A stretch of DNA of 64,000 bases, taken from contig OZ024740.1 in the NCBI GenBank assembly GCA_964016885.1, forward strand, positions 399,156,001 through 399,220,000. Direction: 5' to 3'. Shown one piece after another: positions 49,979 through 62,543 of this stretch. The position numbers and the translations under genes are program-made. Numbering within the stretch: the stretch's first letter is position 1; the number at the start of each line of letters is the position of its first letter. This DNA comes from Eledone cirrhosa (Eukaryota). Under the pieces are notes generated by a model, which did no database searches, had not been told where the DNA came from, and saw only the letters and a program-made list of their open reading frames with translations.

Positions 49979-51280
49979 GTAAAATAAATACTTTCGTTAC
50001 CAATATCATTACTTTTAATAGAATGGATTAATTCAATAGAATGGATTAATTCTTTTGTTATTTCTAATGAAATACCTTGCCAATGCCTACCCCCACCACT
50101 CGCCTCCTCCTTTTGCCCCCCCCCCCTTTTTTTCTTTTCTCATCCACCTCGAAAGAGAGAGAGAGAGAGAAAGAAAGTTTCCTGCCAGTTGATTTTGCCT
50201 GTAAAATCTGTCCAGCGATTCTTTCCTGAGACATTCTAACCATATGCCTGTAATATCGTAGTTGTTATCTTTCAATTCGGAGAAGTAACGGCTCTACCTG
50301 AAGTGACTCTCTGATCTTTGAGCTACACACTCCATTGAGTAACGTTACTCCAAAAACCCTTAGGAGGAACTCCATTTTGGCTGCTTGTATTCGTGATTGC
50401 ATTCTTTCAGTCATTACCTAAGATTCATGACCTTAGGTAAGGGTTGGCATGAATACTGAATTGAAGATAGTGAGCTCTAGCTTTCTGAGTTCTAAGTTCA
50501 ATTCCTGCCAAGGTTAGATTTACCTTTCATCCCTTTAGGGCTTATAAATAAAGGGTCAGTGGATAGACAGCATTGTTAGGGGTCAAATGGGATGTTTTGT
50601 GATATCTGTTCCAGCTCTCTGCATTCTGAGTTCAAATCCTATCTCTTTCTGTCAGTTGTGAATGGCAGATAATATCAGCAATGGAAAAACTAAAGCAACA
50701 TTGTTTCTTTGGCTTCAACTGATGATTAGCTTCTTTTTTAAAATATAAAATTATGTACATGGAATTTAGAACATAACTTGACATAACATAATTTAAATAT
50801 AAGGATTTTAAAATGAGAGATTTTGCATTAGAATCAGAAGCAGTTTAAGGTGGGCTGGTATCCAAATGGTTAATCCATTCTTACTCCCCATAAAATGGGT
50901 AGCACCCATAATTATTTTTCATACTCTCAAAAGGTTATGATAAAAACATTGTAAGGGGGACAAAGTGCCCAGCCCACACTGTAAAGTGGTCGGGTAGGTG
51001 TCACGATAAAAAGCACCTGTAAATGTGGTTGGTGTTAGGAAGGGGATTCAGCTTTAGAAACCAAGCCAAAATCAGTTCTGTATGAGCAAGACATGGAACA
51101 ACTTGTCTAACCCATGCTATCGTGGAAAATGGGTGTTAAACAGTGGTGATGATGATGATTTTCCCATTCTCTCTTTGTCCCTTTTCCACCTTTTCTCATT
51201 TTTACCTCTTACTCACAACCAATGGATGGGTACCCTCTCACCTATCTCTAATCTAAACTGATGACTCAATGTATTTGTAG

Positions 51281-51385
51281 ATAATTGTCAGAAACAGTGG
51301 TCTGGTGACTGCAATGTCGAATTAGAAACAACAAACCTACCAGTTCTTAATTTTGACTTTCCACATTTCTCTAGCTTCACTAAAG
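51281..51385 (+). CDS. FPGS: FPGS exon, variable linker (DNCQKQWSGD...LPVLNFDFPHFSSFTK)
   Basis: tag|AT...AAA G|gtaaat, 105 nt, open and phase 1/1, linking both neighbours; sequence similarity is weak. Confidence 0.7.
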
Positions 51386-51499
51386 GTAAATGTTATTTGT
51401 TTTGTCCATTAAATCTTGGGAGTGGTGTAAAGGTGGAAGGTATGGAAACATTTTGTTGCCAAGGAGACATGTTAAATTGAGAAAGTTGATTGAACTTGG

Positions 51500-52016
51500 T
51501 AACAGTGGCTAGAGTGAGATGTGCATGGAAAATGGAAATTCTGGGAACTGTGTGGTGTGTTAATGAGGATTGTTATTGAAATTGATGTGTAAGAAGTTCC
51601 ATGATTTATGGAAGTGAGACACGGGTGATGAACATGGAGCAGCAGGGAATACTGGAAGGAGCTCAAATGGGAATGGTTCTGTTGATGAGCAGAGTTTCGC
51701 TCAGAGAGGACCACAAATAATGAATTGCAGAGGATGATGGGAATAGAACCAGTTATAAGTGCTGGGAAGAGAAATAGAATGAGATGGCTGGGTAATGAAT
51801 TGAGGAAAGATGAAAGTGACTGGGTGAAAGGAGTGATGGAAATGAATTTAGAAGGAAGTAGTGGAAAGGGAAGACCAAGATAGATATAGTTAAATGGAGG
51901 AAATGAAAGCCAGAGAGTTGGTGAAGATGGATACAGTCAATACGGCAAACTGGAGACGTTTGTCTTGGGGTCTACAAGACTAACCTCTGCTTTAGCAGGG
52001 AAAATGGCCTTAACAC
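51500..52016 (+). mobile_element. Highly degraded RTE 3' end
   Basis: R.RMRWLG...DWVK.V...EG..GKGRP remnant and a gcagggaaaatggc tail. Confidence 0.6.
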
Positions 52017-52179
52017 ATTTGTTATCTAACTATTTGTAAATCTAGCTGCAACATTAAGTAATGATCTGAGCACTGAAATGAGGCTGCTGATGGAAAATCT
52101 AGTTTTTCATTTTTCTCTTCAAAACCAAATTCTTTCAGAAAATTAATTAAATCAAACATCTACATAATTAAACACTGCT

Positions 52180-52600
52180 GCATGGCTGAATGGTTAAGAA
52201 GCTCTCTTTTTAATCATTCACTGTAACACCGTGTGACAAGGCTGGCCTTTTGAATGCATCCAATGCATCCAATAGGCTCCCAAACATTTTCCGTTTGGGA
52301 AAGGCATGATGCCATGCAGTGAGTCTGAACCCAGAGTTTAGGGTTCAGACTCACTGCATGGCATCATGTCTTTCACTATAGCCTCTAGTCGACCTAAGCC
52401 TTGTGAGTGAAACTGAATAAACGGAAAATGTTTGGGAGCCTATTGGATGCATTCAAAAGGCCAGCCTTGTCACACGGTGTTACAGTGAATCTTACTCAGA
52501 ATTATGTTATGGGTGCCTGTGTCTTACATGTTAATTTAACGAGTAGGGTGTTCTATTAACAAACAACTAGAATATTGGTTATCAAAATAGATGGAGGTCT
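52180..52600 (+). mobile_element. SINE carrying nested inverted duplications
   Basis: Outer arms 52216-52296 / 52419-52490; inner arms 52299-52333 / 52341-52374. Confidence 0.8.
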
Positions 52601-53385
52601 ACTTATATAATTAAGCATTTTAAAGTTATTTTTAAGTTATTTTTATATATATTTTGTATATATATTTTTATTTATGTTTAAATAAATAAATATTATTTAT
52701 GTAAATATTAACCTGAAAATACAGAATACATTGAATACGTATTTATAAATAACTCTGCACACCCCCCAGTGTCACTTCTTAGCATAGAAAGCTTGCCAAG
52801 GAAAAATGGTTAGGAAGATCCTTTAGTTGTGTAAAAAACGTAACAATCTTCCTAGAGTTGGTGACCTACATGATAAACGTACCCAGTACACACTGTAAAG
52901 TGGTTAGTGATAGGAAGGGCCTCCAGCTGTAGAAAGCTTGCCAAACAAAGGGTTGGGACGTCCCTTCAGTTGTATCAAAACATAACAACCTCCCTAGTGC
53001 TTGTATCACAATGAAATACATTTGGTAGAGTGTGGGACCTTATATAAGTGCGATGCAGACTCCCAGTCTGAGATGTCAGTAGACCAGCTTCAGTACTGAC
53101 TGAGTATATGAAGACCTGTCCAACCTTTGCCAGCAGGGTAAGGAGACATTAAAGGATAATGATGATTAACAAATATACCTTTTTGGGAACAGAACTCTAC
53201 TAATAATATTTTATAAGATGTAGGAGTTATGAAATGTTATTAGACACTAGATATTAGCAATGAGATATTCCTGTGTTTACAAAAGTAGTAAATAAATTTG
53301 CTCAATGTTTACAATAAGAAAAAAGACCAAGTCTAAATGGTGGTTGTACAATATAGAGAAAGTTTGTTATAATAAATATATTAGT

Positions 53386-53680
53386 GTATATATAGTGTAT
53401 TTTGCAATACACTGTATGCTTAATTAAAAGCATTTCGAAGACCTTATGCTATTGTTTTAGAGTAGTGACAGACTCACTTACTTTAATTTTCAGCAAACAG
53501 AGGAGATAAAGCTGACAGGGCCTTGTTTCGCATTTATTGATGCTTATCAAAGCCAACTACTCCTCCTGTTTGCTGAAAATTAAAGTAAGTGAGTCTGTCA
53601 CTACTCTAAAACAATAGCATAAGGTCTTCGAAATGCTTTTAATTAAGCATACAGTGTTTTGAAAAATACACTATATATAC
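53386..53680. repeat. ~120-bp near-perfect inverted repeat
   Basis: Arms 53386-53505 and 53560-53680. Confidence 0.93.
53501..53564 (-). ncRNA. Type I hammerhead with U3-A8 covariant core (HHR-C)
   Basis: The - strand reads aggag tagtt ggct TTGATAA gcat-caataa-atgc GAAA ca-aggccc-tg TC agct ttat ctcct; GUC cleavage triplet. Confidence 0.72.
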
Positions 53681-54899
53681 ATTCATATATATATAGCTAT
53701 TTCAGAGCACCATTTCTAATTTTCAATTTCTGCTTGACCGGCAACCGCTCTGTATAATCAGTTCCTGATTATTTACTAGAATTCTATAAGAACCAAACAT
53801 CCATGATTTCAGCAAACAGGAGGAGTAGTTGGCTTTGATAAGCATCAATTGATGCAGGAGGATGACAAGTATGATGTGATGGGTATATGATAAGTTTAGT
53901 AGAATTTAAAAGGAGTGATGTGAGAGAAAAGAGGAGTATGATTTCAGGTGGAGTGGGGTGAGGGTACAGTGATGAGAACAGTTACTAAAGTGTGATGGGA
54001 TTTAAAAGAGTAAGGGGATGGAGTGATCTTAGCGTGTGTAGGTACTGTGATGATGAGAATAGTTACTAGAGAGAAATGTGTTGGGTGGGGTGTGAGTTTT
54101 CTTGTTAGTCTAATGCATCGATGTTGAGAATATGTAAGAGAAATGTTTCAAAAGATATTTTTAGTAAATAAGGGTCCTATTTGAGTGAATTTTTTCTAGT
54201 TTAATTAACTACAAAAAAAGCTCCCAGTACTCGCAGTAAAGTGATTGACATTAAGAAGGGCATTCAGCGATAGAAACCAAGCCCAAATCAAAACATATAA
54301 GGAAACTGTGGTCACCTGAGACCTGTTTAGCCACATAATGTGACAGCCTGCCTAACCCATGCAAGCATGGAAAATAGACATTAAACAGTGGTGGTGATGA
54401 TGATGATGATAGACACTGGAATAATATAGTTATTCTATGTTGACCCAACATTAGATGAAATTATTGAAATATAACTAAATGTTCCATAAGAATGTTCGGA
54501 ATAAATACCTTATTTTGAGATGTTAACCTGGGAATGCCAGGTTGAACTTTATTCATATAATCTAATCATTGGCTATTTCAACATGTCTCTCTCATTATCC
54601 TCCTGGGTAATGCTGTCTCCATTCTGTCTGCTGGGACCATGAGGCGGTTTGTGCCTGGGGTTCTCAATGCTAGAAAAAAATAGCCCACATTGTCCAGGCT
54701 TGTATCATTGGGGTAGCAATGATTGAGTACTTACTCTTACTAACTTTAACATACCAACTTGTTAATGGAAAATTATCAACATTCTTAGACTCTGTTTTAT
54801 CAAATTTTTCATTTACATTATGAACTTTGTTTGAAATATCTTTGTAACAAGAGGCATCACTGTCATTGATATCTAATCATTGGTTTTATTTCTCTGCAG

Positions 54900-54997
54900 G
54901 AATTAAGGCCTGTCACATATCTGGTCGATTACAGATCATAAAGAAGAAATCAGTGAGTTTCTACTTGGATGGTGCTCACACTGTAGAGAGTATTAAG
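54900..54997 (+). CDS. FPGS: FPGS exon (GIKACHISGRLQIIKKKSVSFYLDGAHTVESIK)
   Basis: cag|GA...AAG|gtaaga, phase 1/0; GR.Q...YLDGAHT..S motif. Confidence 0.95.
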
Positions 54998-57393
54998 GTA
55001 AGAAGAAACATCATCCAATCTAATCCAATCCAGGGCCTTTTCACTTCTTTTGGAGGAACCCCCTCCCAGGTTGACCTTCATCACTTTCTGTCTGGTTTTG
55101 ATCATGTTAGAGGTGTAGCCGTACACACCATGCTTAAATCATCATCTTCATCATAATGATCTATAATGTGGAAAGAGAAAGAAGGCTAAACAATGCAAAA
55201 TGTACTGTAAGATGAGGTTACGAAAAAGTAAGTTACCCGGCAATCTTTGTTTTGTGTTTTGTTGTTGCTATTCTTTCTTCTGTCCTAATATTTTGGGACC
55301 TAAAATCCCCTTCTTCAGAGTTTAAGGAACTTTCAGAGAATAATGATCATTTTCATTGCTATCATCATCGTTATAATCATTATCATTGTCATTGCTGTTG
55401 TCATCGTCATAATGATCATCCCCATTGCCACCACATACAAACTTGCATAACATAGATACATGCATGTATCTATGTTATGCAAGTTTGTATGTCTTGACAG
55501 CACCCCTATGATTCCATCAGGAGTTACGGGTTCATGCATCCATACTAATTATCAATCTTGTTCTTTGATAAGTATGAAGTCTGGTTTCATGTTCACCAAC
55601 GGGCAGCTGATCAGATGTCAACATTCTTTGTCATTTATGCCACAGTGCTCCAAGAATCTTGATCTTTCTTCAATTCATTCTATCATATGTAAACCTGAAT
55701 AACTATCCTGATGTTGCCCAACATGTCCATTGAAAGTGGACACAACATACCCAAATGGTTAAGAGGTTTGCTTCACAATCATTAACTCTTGGGTTTAACA
55801 CCTCCATGTGGCATCTTGGGTATGTGTTATTTATCATAGTCACAGTTCAACCCATGCTTTGTGAGTGAAATTAAGTAGATAGAAACTGTTTAGAAGCCTG
55901 TCATATGGATTGTACCGGTAATTGAAAGGGCCAGCCTTGTCACATACTGTATCATGCTGAATCTCCTTGAGAATTATGTTCAGGGTACATGGGCCTATTA
56001 AATGCTCTGCCATTTACATTAATTTCATAAGCAGACTGCTCTGTTGATTGAACAACTGGAACATTCATTATTGAATCTGACAGAGGTCTATTAATTTCTA
56101 TTGAAATTCCCAGCCATGATAATGAAGTTATTGTCATCTGTTATTGAGGTAGTCTGCAAGGTAACTTCATAGAAATAGTCTTTCTGCCCATCTGTCAGTC
56201 TTGATTGTGCTGCTTAGATAGACATATTAGCCTAAGATAAATTATTCTGTTAAATTATAAATATAAAAGGTTAACTATGCTGTTTGCACACTTCATTTTT
56301 GCCAGATTACTTTAGTAATACCTAGCATAATTACATCTGTTTCAACTCCAGAGGCTCATCAGACCAGAGCTTATCCTGGTTTTATTGGTGTTAAGCAACT
56401 GAGAGAACAAGACTCTTTCATGGATGAGATACCAGTCTGTTGTATGGTTAATTCCCAACTGCTGCTGATATATATTTTTCTGTTGAGTTGGTTGGAGCAA
56501 TGTAGATTGAAGTATCTTGCTCAAGAACAGAATACACCACCTAATCTTGGAATTGAACCTGTAACCTTACAGTTGTGAGCCCAACACCTGACCACTAGAC
56601 CACAAGTTTCATAATTGATTAAATATGTTGAACTGCTATCTAGATGATTAAATTCTTATATATATTAAATCTGAGATTGAAGTGTTACCTAGTATAACAT
56701 TTTTATTTTGCTGTGTTTAAAAGTATGGAATGTGACATTGTATAGTTTAAAAACCATATTGCCTTGAATAAGCAGAGACCATATCAAGTGGTGAGTACCT
56801 CCTTAGTCTTGCAATGTTCAAGGCAAACACACTAGTGTTGGTGTCATGATAAAATTCACCGAGTATACCCTGAAAAGTGATTGGCATTAGGAAAGGCACC
56901 CAGCTGTAGAATGCATGCTAAAAATGAAACATATGAGCTAGACGTGTTTTTCCACCCCATGCTAGCATAGAAAATGGACATAAAATAATGATGATTGCAT
57001 TATATGATATTAAAATGGTTTCACTGAGCTGCCATGGTATTTCCAAGATGACAAATGACAAGGTTTACTGCATAGTTACTAAAACATCAAAATAGGTTTT
57101 GCACAGTACCAGAATGGCTATAATGGTAATCAGTCTTATCTGAATAGGAATTTAGATATTTGGCAAGCCATTTTGGTTTTAAATTGCCATTGGCATGTTT
57201 GGGAACTTAAAAATTCAAATCCTTATCCATTCTTTTCAGTTTTGACACTGTATCTCTTGCCATTTTGCAACTAGACTTATATAACAATTAACACAATTCT
57301 AGTTTATGGATTGCTATTTTAGGAGACATGGTATTCTGTAATACTTAAGAATTGAAACCTTATATAACATGTAACTCTACATATCTTTGGCAG

Positions 57394-57443
57394 GCCTGTG
57401 CTTATTGGTTTCTGAAGCAATCAAATTTAGAGATGAGATCCAA
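57394..57443 (+). CDS. FPGS: FPGS exon (ACAYWFLKQSNLEMRS-)
   Basis: cag|GCC...AA|gtaagt, phase 0/2; AC..WF motif that follows DGAHT in FPGS. Confidence 0.88.
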
Positions 57444-58054
57444 GTAAGTAGTATCAGTAATTTACTGTTTCATCAAATTAATTATTTTAATAAGTCCATT
57501 ATTTGTTTTCTCTTCCTTCTTTTTCTTATGGACTCCTTCTCTTTACTGATCACATATTTTGTGTTTTCTTTTTCCTCCAATACTTTACTAATTTTTATGT
57601 TCCCATTTCTCTTGATATTTGCCTCTTTAATTCTCTTCCTTATACATTCCCTGTCTGTCTGCATGTTATCCCCTCTCTCTCTTCCTATTTACAATTTACT
57701 GTTTTTGATCTCCCTGATCAAGTAAAGAGCCATTCTATTAAAAAAATAAATAAAAAAGCAAAAAAAAACTCCAGTGACTTGACTAAATATTGATATTTTT
57801 TACAAGTAGAACCTGGCAGAAACTGTTGCAATGCTGGAATAAATAATTTATGATATTTACTTTCAACTTTCAACATTCTGAGTTCAAATCTCACCGAGTT
57901 CAACTTTTTCTTTTCGTCATTTTGGTTCTAATAATTAACTATATCCTTTTCCCCATGAATTTGGGCCAAAGAGAGATTGCCAAATTTAAGAATGAAAGTA
58001 GTGTGTCTGTTTGAATTAGTGTGTCATTGGGGAAAGGTATATTTCGAATGACAC

Positions 58055-58810
58055 CAGTAAGAAAGAGGTCTAGAAATGTTATGAGAGGCTGATGAATATG
58101 GAGAATGAGTGGAAAGAAGAACTACCCCCAATAGACTTAACAGAGGGACTGGCTAGAGGGCCAAAGATGCAACCAGGGAGAGTAAAAATGGAAAAGTTCT
58201 CCAAGCTGTAACAGAGAGGTTTAAGCTGATGACTTAGTTCTTATAGCTGAACCTGTGGAAGCTAGAGAAGAAATCCTTGGTGTAGAAACATAATTTAGAA
58301 TCAAAAGAGCTCAGAGTAAATTTAATAAAGACCAAAGTTTTAGTAAGTACAAAAGAACTAACTCTGATTCCATCATACTTGATATGTAGGAAAGAGTAGG
58401 TAAGAATAATTTACAATTTACACAGTCTAAAATATGGGTATACAAGAGGTGTAGTGGGATAGCAGGCAGGCTAACAGGAAAGGTAGACTGTATGTAGCAA
58501 ATGCATAGGAGTAGATTGTCATGAGAGCCCACTGAAATAAACTTTTGCCAATCCCAGGAAGGTATTATAGAAATAGTTGATAGCTTCTGTTATCTAGAGC
58601 AACTAATTAGCAAGGGAAGAGGTTGCTCTGAGAACATAGTAACTAGAATAAGAACGGGATGGGAAAAGTTCAAAGCTACTACACCTCTCAACAATAAAAT
58701 GTTTCTAGGAATGAAATGCTGGCTGTGTGATGCATACATGTGAAGTGCAATACTGTAAGACATGGGCAGTGAATGCAGAGTATATGCAAAGGATGGAAAG
58801 ACATGAAACC
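58055..58810 (+). mobile_element. Highly degraded RTE fragment
   Basis: YERLMNMENEW, ADDLVLIAE and IEIVDSFCYL remnants with many stops. Confidence 0.75.
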
Positions 58811-60612
58811 CATAAAAGCTAGTTTTTAGTGATTGCCACTTCATTTCTGGCAGTTTTTACCTTTGTTTGAGGTCCTGTGGTCTTCCTAGCTGATCTTGAG
58901 GGGACTATGGAGGTAATTCTGGTAGAAGTACTCTAGTTAAGTCTGATATCATTGGTAGATGACCCAATTTTCAGATTCAATAAGGGATGAAAACTGCCTT
59001 ATACATCAGCAACGTCATATAGGTTTTGAAAAAAGTAGTTTTTGAAGGTACCTAAATGCAGTTGCTGTATATTTTAAATTATGTAAGATTTGGCCACTGA
59101 TGTTTGCAAGGCTTGTGAGAAGACTCTCATGATAGCTAATGTGGTTGATATTCTTGAACAGGTAACTTTTGATTTGATGGCAGGTGGTCAGGAGTTCACC
59201 ATATTTGGGGTTAGTTGAAATAGGATTAGAATTTTACTAAGGCTAATGGAGAACTTCACATTACTGTACACAACATTTGCCATGAAAAATGCACCTAGTA
59301 TATCTTGTAAGGTGGTTGGTGATAGGAAGGGCATGATAACTTCTCTGGTCAATGGTCTGCACATTACATGCACCCAGTACAATATGTAAAGTTGTTGGCG
59401 ATAGGAAGGACATCCAGCTGTAAAATATTTGGGAGGCTTCATCAGCTGTGTCAAAGACATGACAACCTTCCCAGTATTGATGATCTGGATGATAGATGCA
59501 CCTAGTACACCATGAAAGTGATTGGTTATAGGAAGGGTATCCAGCCATAGAAAACCTCCCAAACAAAAGGCTGGGAGGGGTGGGGGTGGATTTTCAACCT
59601 CCATAGTGCTGGTGCCACAATAAAATGAACTCAGTAAAATTCATGAACTTATGAAAGTCAGCTGTGGAGCCTGCAACCTGTTTGAGAACTTGGAAGAGTG
59701 TGTGAATGTATCTAAGTGAGATATAGACCACACCAGCTTATCTGAGATGTCAGTAACTCCACTTGAGAATTGAGTTGGTTTGACTTGACCTACCCAACCC
59801 CTATTAGCAGGGAAAACAGCCATTAAATGATGATGATGATGATGAGAGGATGTAGACACTATACAGTTATCAGCAACATACTGAAGGTCAGCTACAGAGG
59901 TCAGCACCATTTTGTTCTTGAGATGGTCTTCAATAGGTTCCTACTTGTCCCATATTTAATTTTGTGTGTGGCTATTAATGATAACTATTGTTAACCCAAA
60001 CCACTTGACCTCTCCACTTATAATAGTTATATTTAAATAAACAATGTCTACTTTGTTCATTCCTTTCTCTATTATAATCAATTACCACTTTCACTTCAAG
60101 TACCAACATCATCATCAACATCACAAACATTATCATCACCATAACTATAGGAAAGGTAAAGTGAATATCATAATCACTTTACTCTAATCTTGATAGCTAC
60201 TTCCAGAAATATCTAATCCTTCAGTATCTAGAAATATTAATAGCATACAAATGATAATATAACACTACTATACAAAGATTACCATTCCACAATTTAAACA
60301 AAACAAAAAACAAAACAAAAATAAACAATAAAAAAGCCCTCAAAGATAGACAAAAATTACAGCAAGTTAATAGTTCCATTAGTATACATAGAACTAAACA
60401 TTAGTATACGTAGAGTTAGACCATAGGTTCCTTCGAACTAAACATTGGCATACTTAAATCTAAATCTTAGTACACTTAGACATAATCATTAGTGCACGTG
60501 ATTTAGACATTAGTATACTGGACCTAGATATTAGCATGCTTAGAGCTAGACATTATTTTACTTAGACATAGACATTAGTATATTTAGACCTAAACATTAT
60601 TTTACTTAGACA

Positions 60613-60803
60613 GGCGGTGGATTGGCAGTATCGGTAGAGAGTCGGACGCCATGCTTTGACGCATAGAATTACGGCCCTTGCTATTCTGAGTTCAAATCCC
60701 ACCGAAGTTAACTTTGCCTTTCATCCTTACGGGGTCGATAAAATAAAGTACCAGTAATCCACTAGGTAATTGCTGGCCTTGTGCCAAAAGTAGAAACAAT
60801 TAT
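60613..60803 (+). mobile_element. Full-length SINE inserted in the satellite
   Basis: ggcggtggattggcagtatcgg ... gagttcaaatccc ... gcctttcatccttacggggtcgataaaataaagtacc (resembles the Meta-SINE core as I recall it); flanked by the direct repeat attattttacttagaca. Confidence 0.9.
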
Positions 60804-61339
60804 TTTACTTAGACATAGACATTAGTATATTTAGACATAGACATTAGTATATTTAGACCTAAACATTGGTATATTTAGACCTATACATTAGTATATTTAG
60901 ACCTAAAGAGCAGTATATTTAGACCTATACATTAGTATATTTAGACCTAAACATTGGTATATTTAGACCTAAAGAGCAGTATATTTAGACCTAAACATTG
61001 GTATATTTAGACCTAAAGAGCAGTATATTTAGACCTATACATTAGTATATATAGACCTAAAGAGCAGTATATTTAGACCTAAACATTGATATATTTAGAC
61101 CTAAAGAGCAGTATATTTAGACCTAAAGATTGGTATATTTAGACCTAAAGTGCAGTATATTTAGACCTATACATTCATATATTTAGACCTAAACATTGGT
61201 ACATTTAGACCTAAACATTAGTATATTTAGACCTAAACAGCAGTATATTTAGACCTAAACAGCAGTATATTTAGACCTATACATTGGTATATTTAGACCT
61301 AAACATTGATATATTTAGACCTAAACATTGATATATTTA

Positions 61340-62543
61340 GTAAAGGAGATGCTCTAGATAGGGGAAACTATAGAGGCATTAAATTAATTGACCAGGTCAT
61401 GAAGGTCACAGAAAAAGTTATAGTGCAACTAATCAGAGAGCAAATTGAGCTAGATGAAATGCAGTTCGGGTTTATGTCAGGCAAAAGTACCACAGACGCT
61501 CTTTTCCTTGTACGACAACTAAAGGAGAAGTACCTAGCTAAAAGTAAACCCCTATACTTAGCTTTTGTTGACTTGGAAAAAGCCTTTGACAGAGTCCCCT
61601 GCTCCATTATCTGGTGGGCTCTCAGAAAACTAGGTGTCGATGAATGACTTGTGAGAGCTATACAAGCCATGTATAAAGAAAGAGTCAGCAAGGTTAGAAT
61701 TAACAACGAATATATTGAAGAGTTTAGCGTAAAGGTGTTCATCAGGGCTCTGTCCTTAGCCCCCTCCTATTTATTATTGCCCTTCAGACTATAACAGAGG
61801 AGTTCAAGACCGGCTGCCCATGGGAACTCCTATACGCAGATGACCTAACACTCATAGCTGAATCGATGGCTGAACTAGAGAAGAAATTCCAAACATAGAA
61901 GCATGGCCTAGAATCAAAAGGTCTTAAAATTAACTTGTCTAAGACTAAAGTGCTAGTATGTAGGAAGGAAAAGAGGACACCAGTCCCCTCTGGGAAATGG
62001 CCATGCTCAGTGTGTAGGAAAGGAGTAGGCAGAAACTCCATTTTATGTCCCAAATGCAAAGTATGGGTGCATAAAAGATGTAGTGGGATCACAGGTAAGC
62101 TATCTAAGAACATAGATTTTATATGTGGCCGGTGCTCAGGTGCAATAAGTAGTAGCAAGTGCCAACAGGATACTAGCTCCTTCCATTGCCCAGATGGTTT
62201 TATAGAAATAGTGGACACCTTCCGTTACCCCACCCCCACCTACATCACCCCTTTTGCCGTAAAGTTATGTTGATACCACAACATCCAGTCCTAAATAAAT
62301 GAGGTTGTATAGGTGTCACGACAAAAAAAACCGCACACACTCCACGCTGTAATGGTAACACGGTAAAAACCTTCCAGTCCACATTGTAAATGTGGTTGGT
62401 GTTAGGAAGGGCATCCACCCATAGAAAACCTGCCAGACAGTCCTACACAAGCAAGACAACCAATCTTGCCTCAAGTGGAACAATTCCCATCTAAACCCAT
62501 GATAGCGTGGAAGGTAGACATTAAACGATGATGATGAGGATGA
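61340..62543 (+). mobile_element. RTE LINE fragment inserted in the satellite, internally deleted
   Basis: KGDALDRGNYRGIKL...FVDLEKAFD, YADD and PHD-like finger; jumps at ~62230 to the 3' UTR; (GAT)n tail. Confidence 0.93.

Noticed and set aside
53620-53675. Hammerhead 3' half (cGAAA tgctt-ttaatt-aagca TA cagtg) in the inverted-repeat arms
   Set aside because: No CUGANGA-like strand in a compatible position, so at most a fragment.
56325-56372. Possible - strand hammerhead (ggt CTGATGA gcctctggagtt GAAA cagatg TA atta)
   Set aside because: Core spacing is suggestive but stems I and II pair poorly; degenerate or chance.
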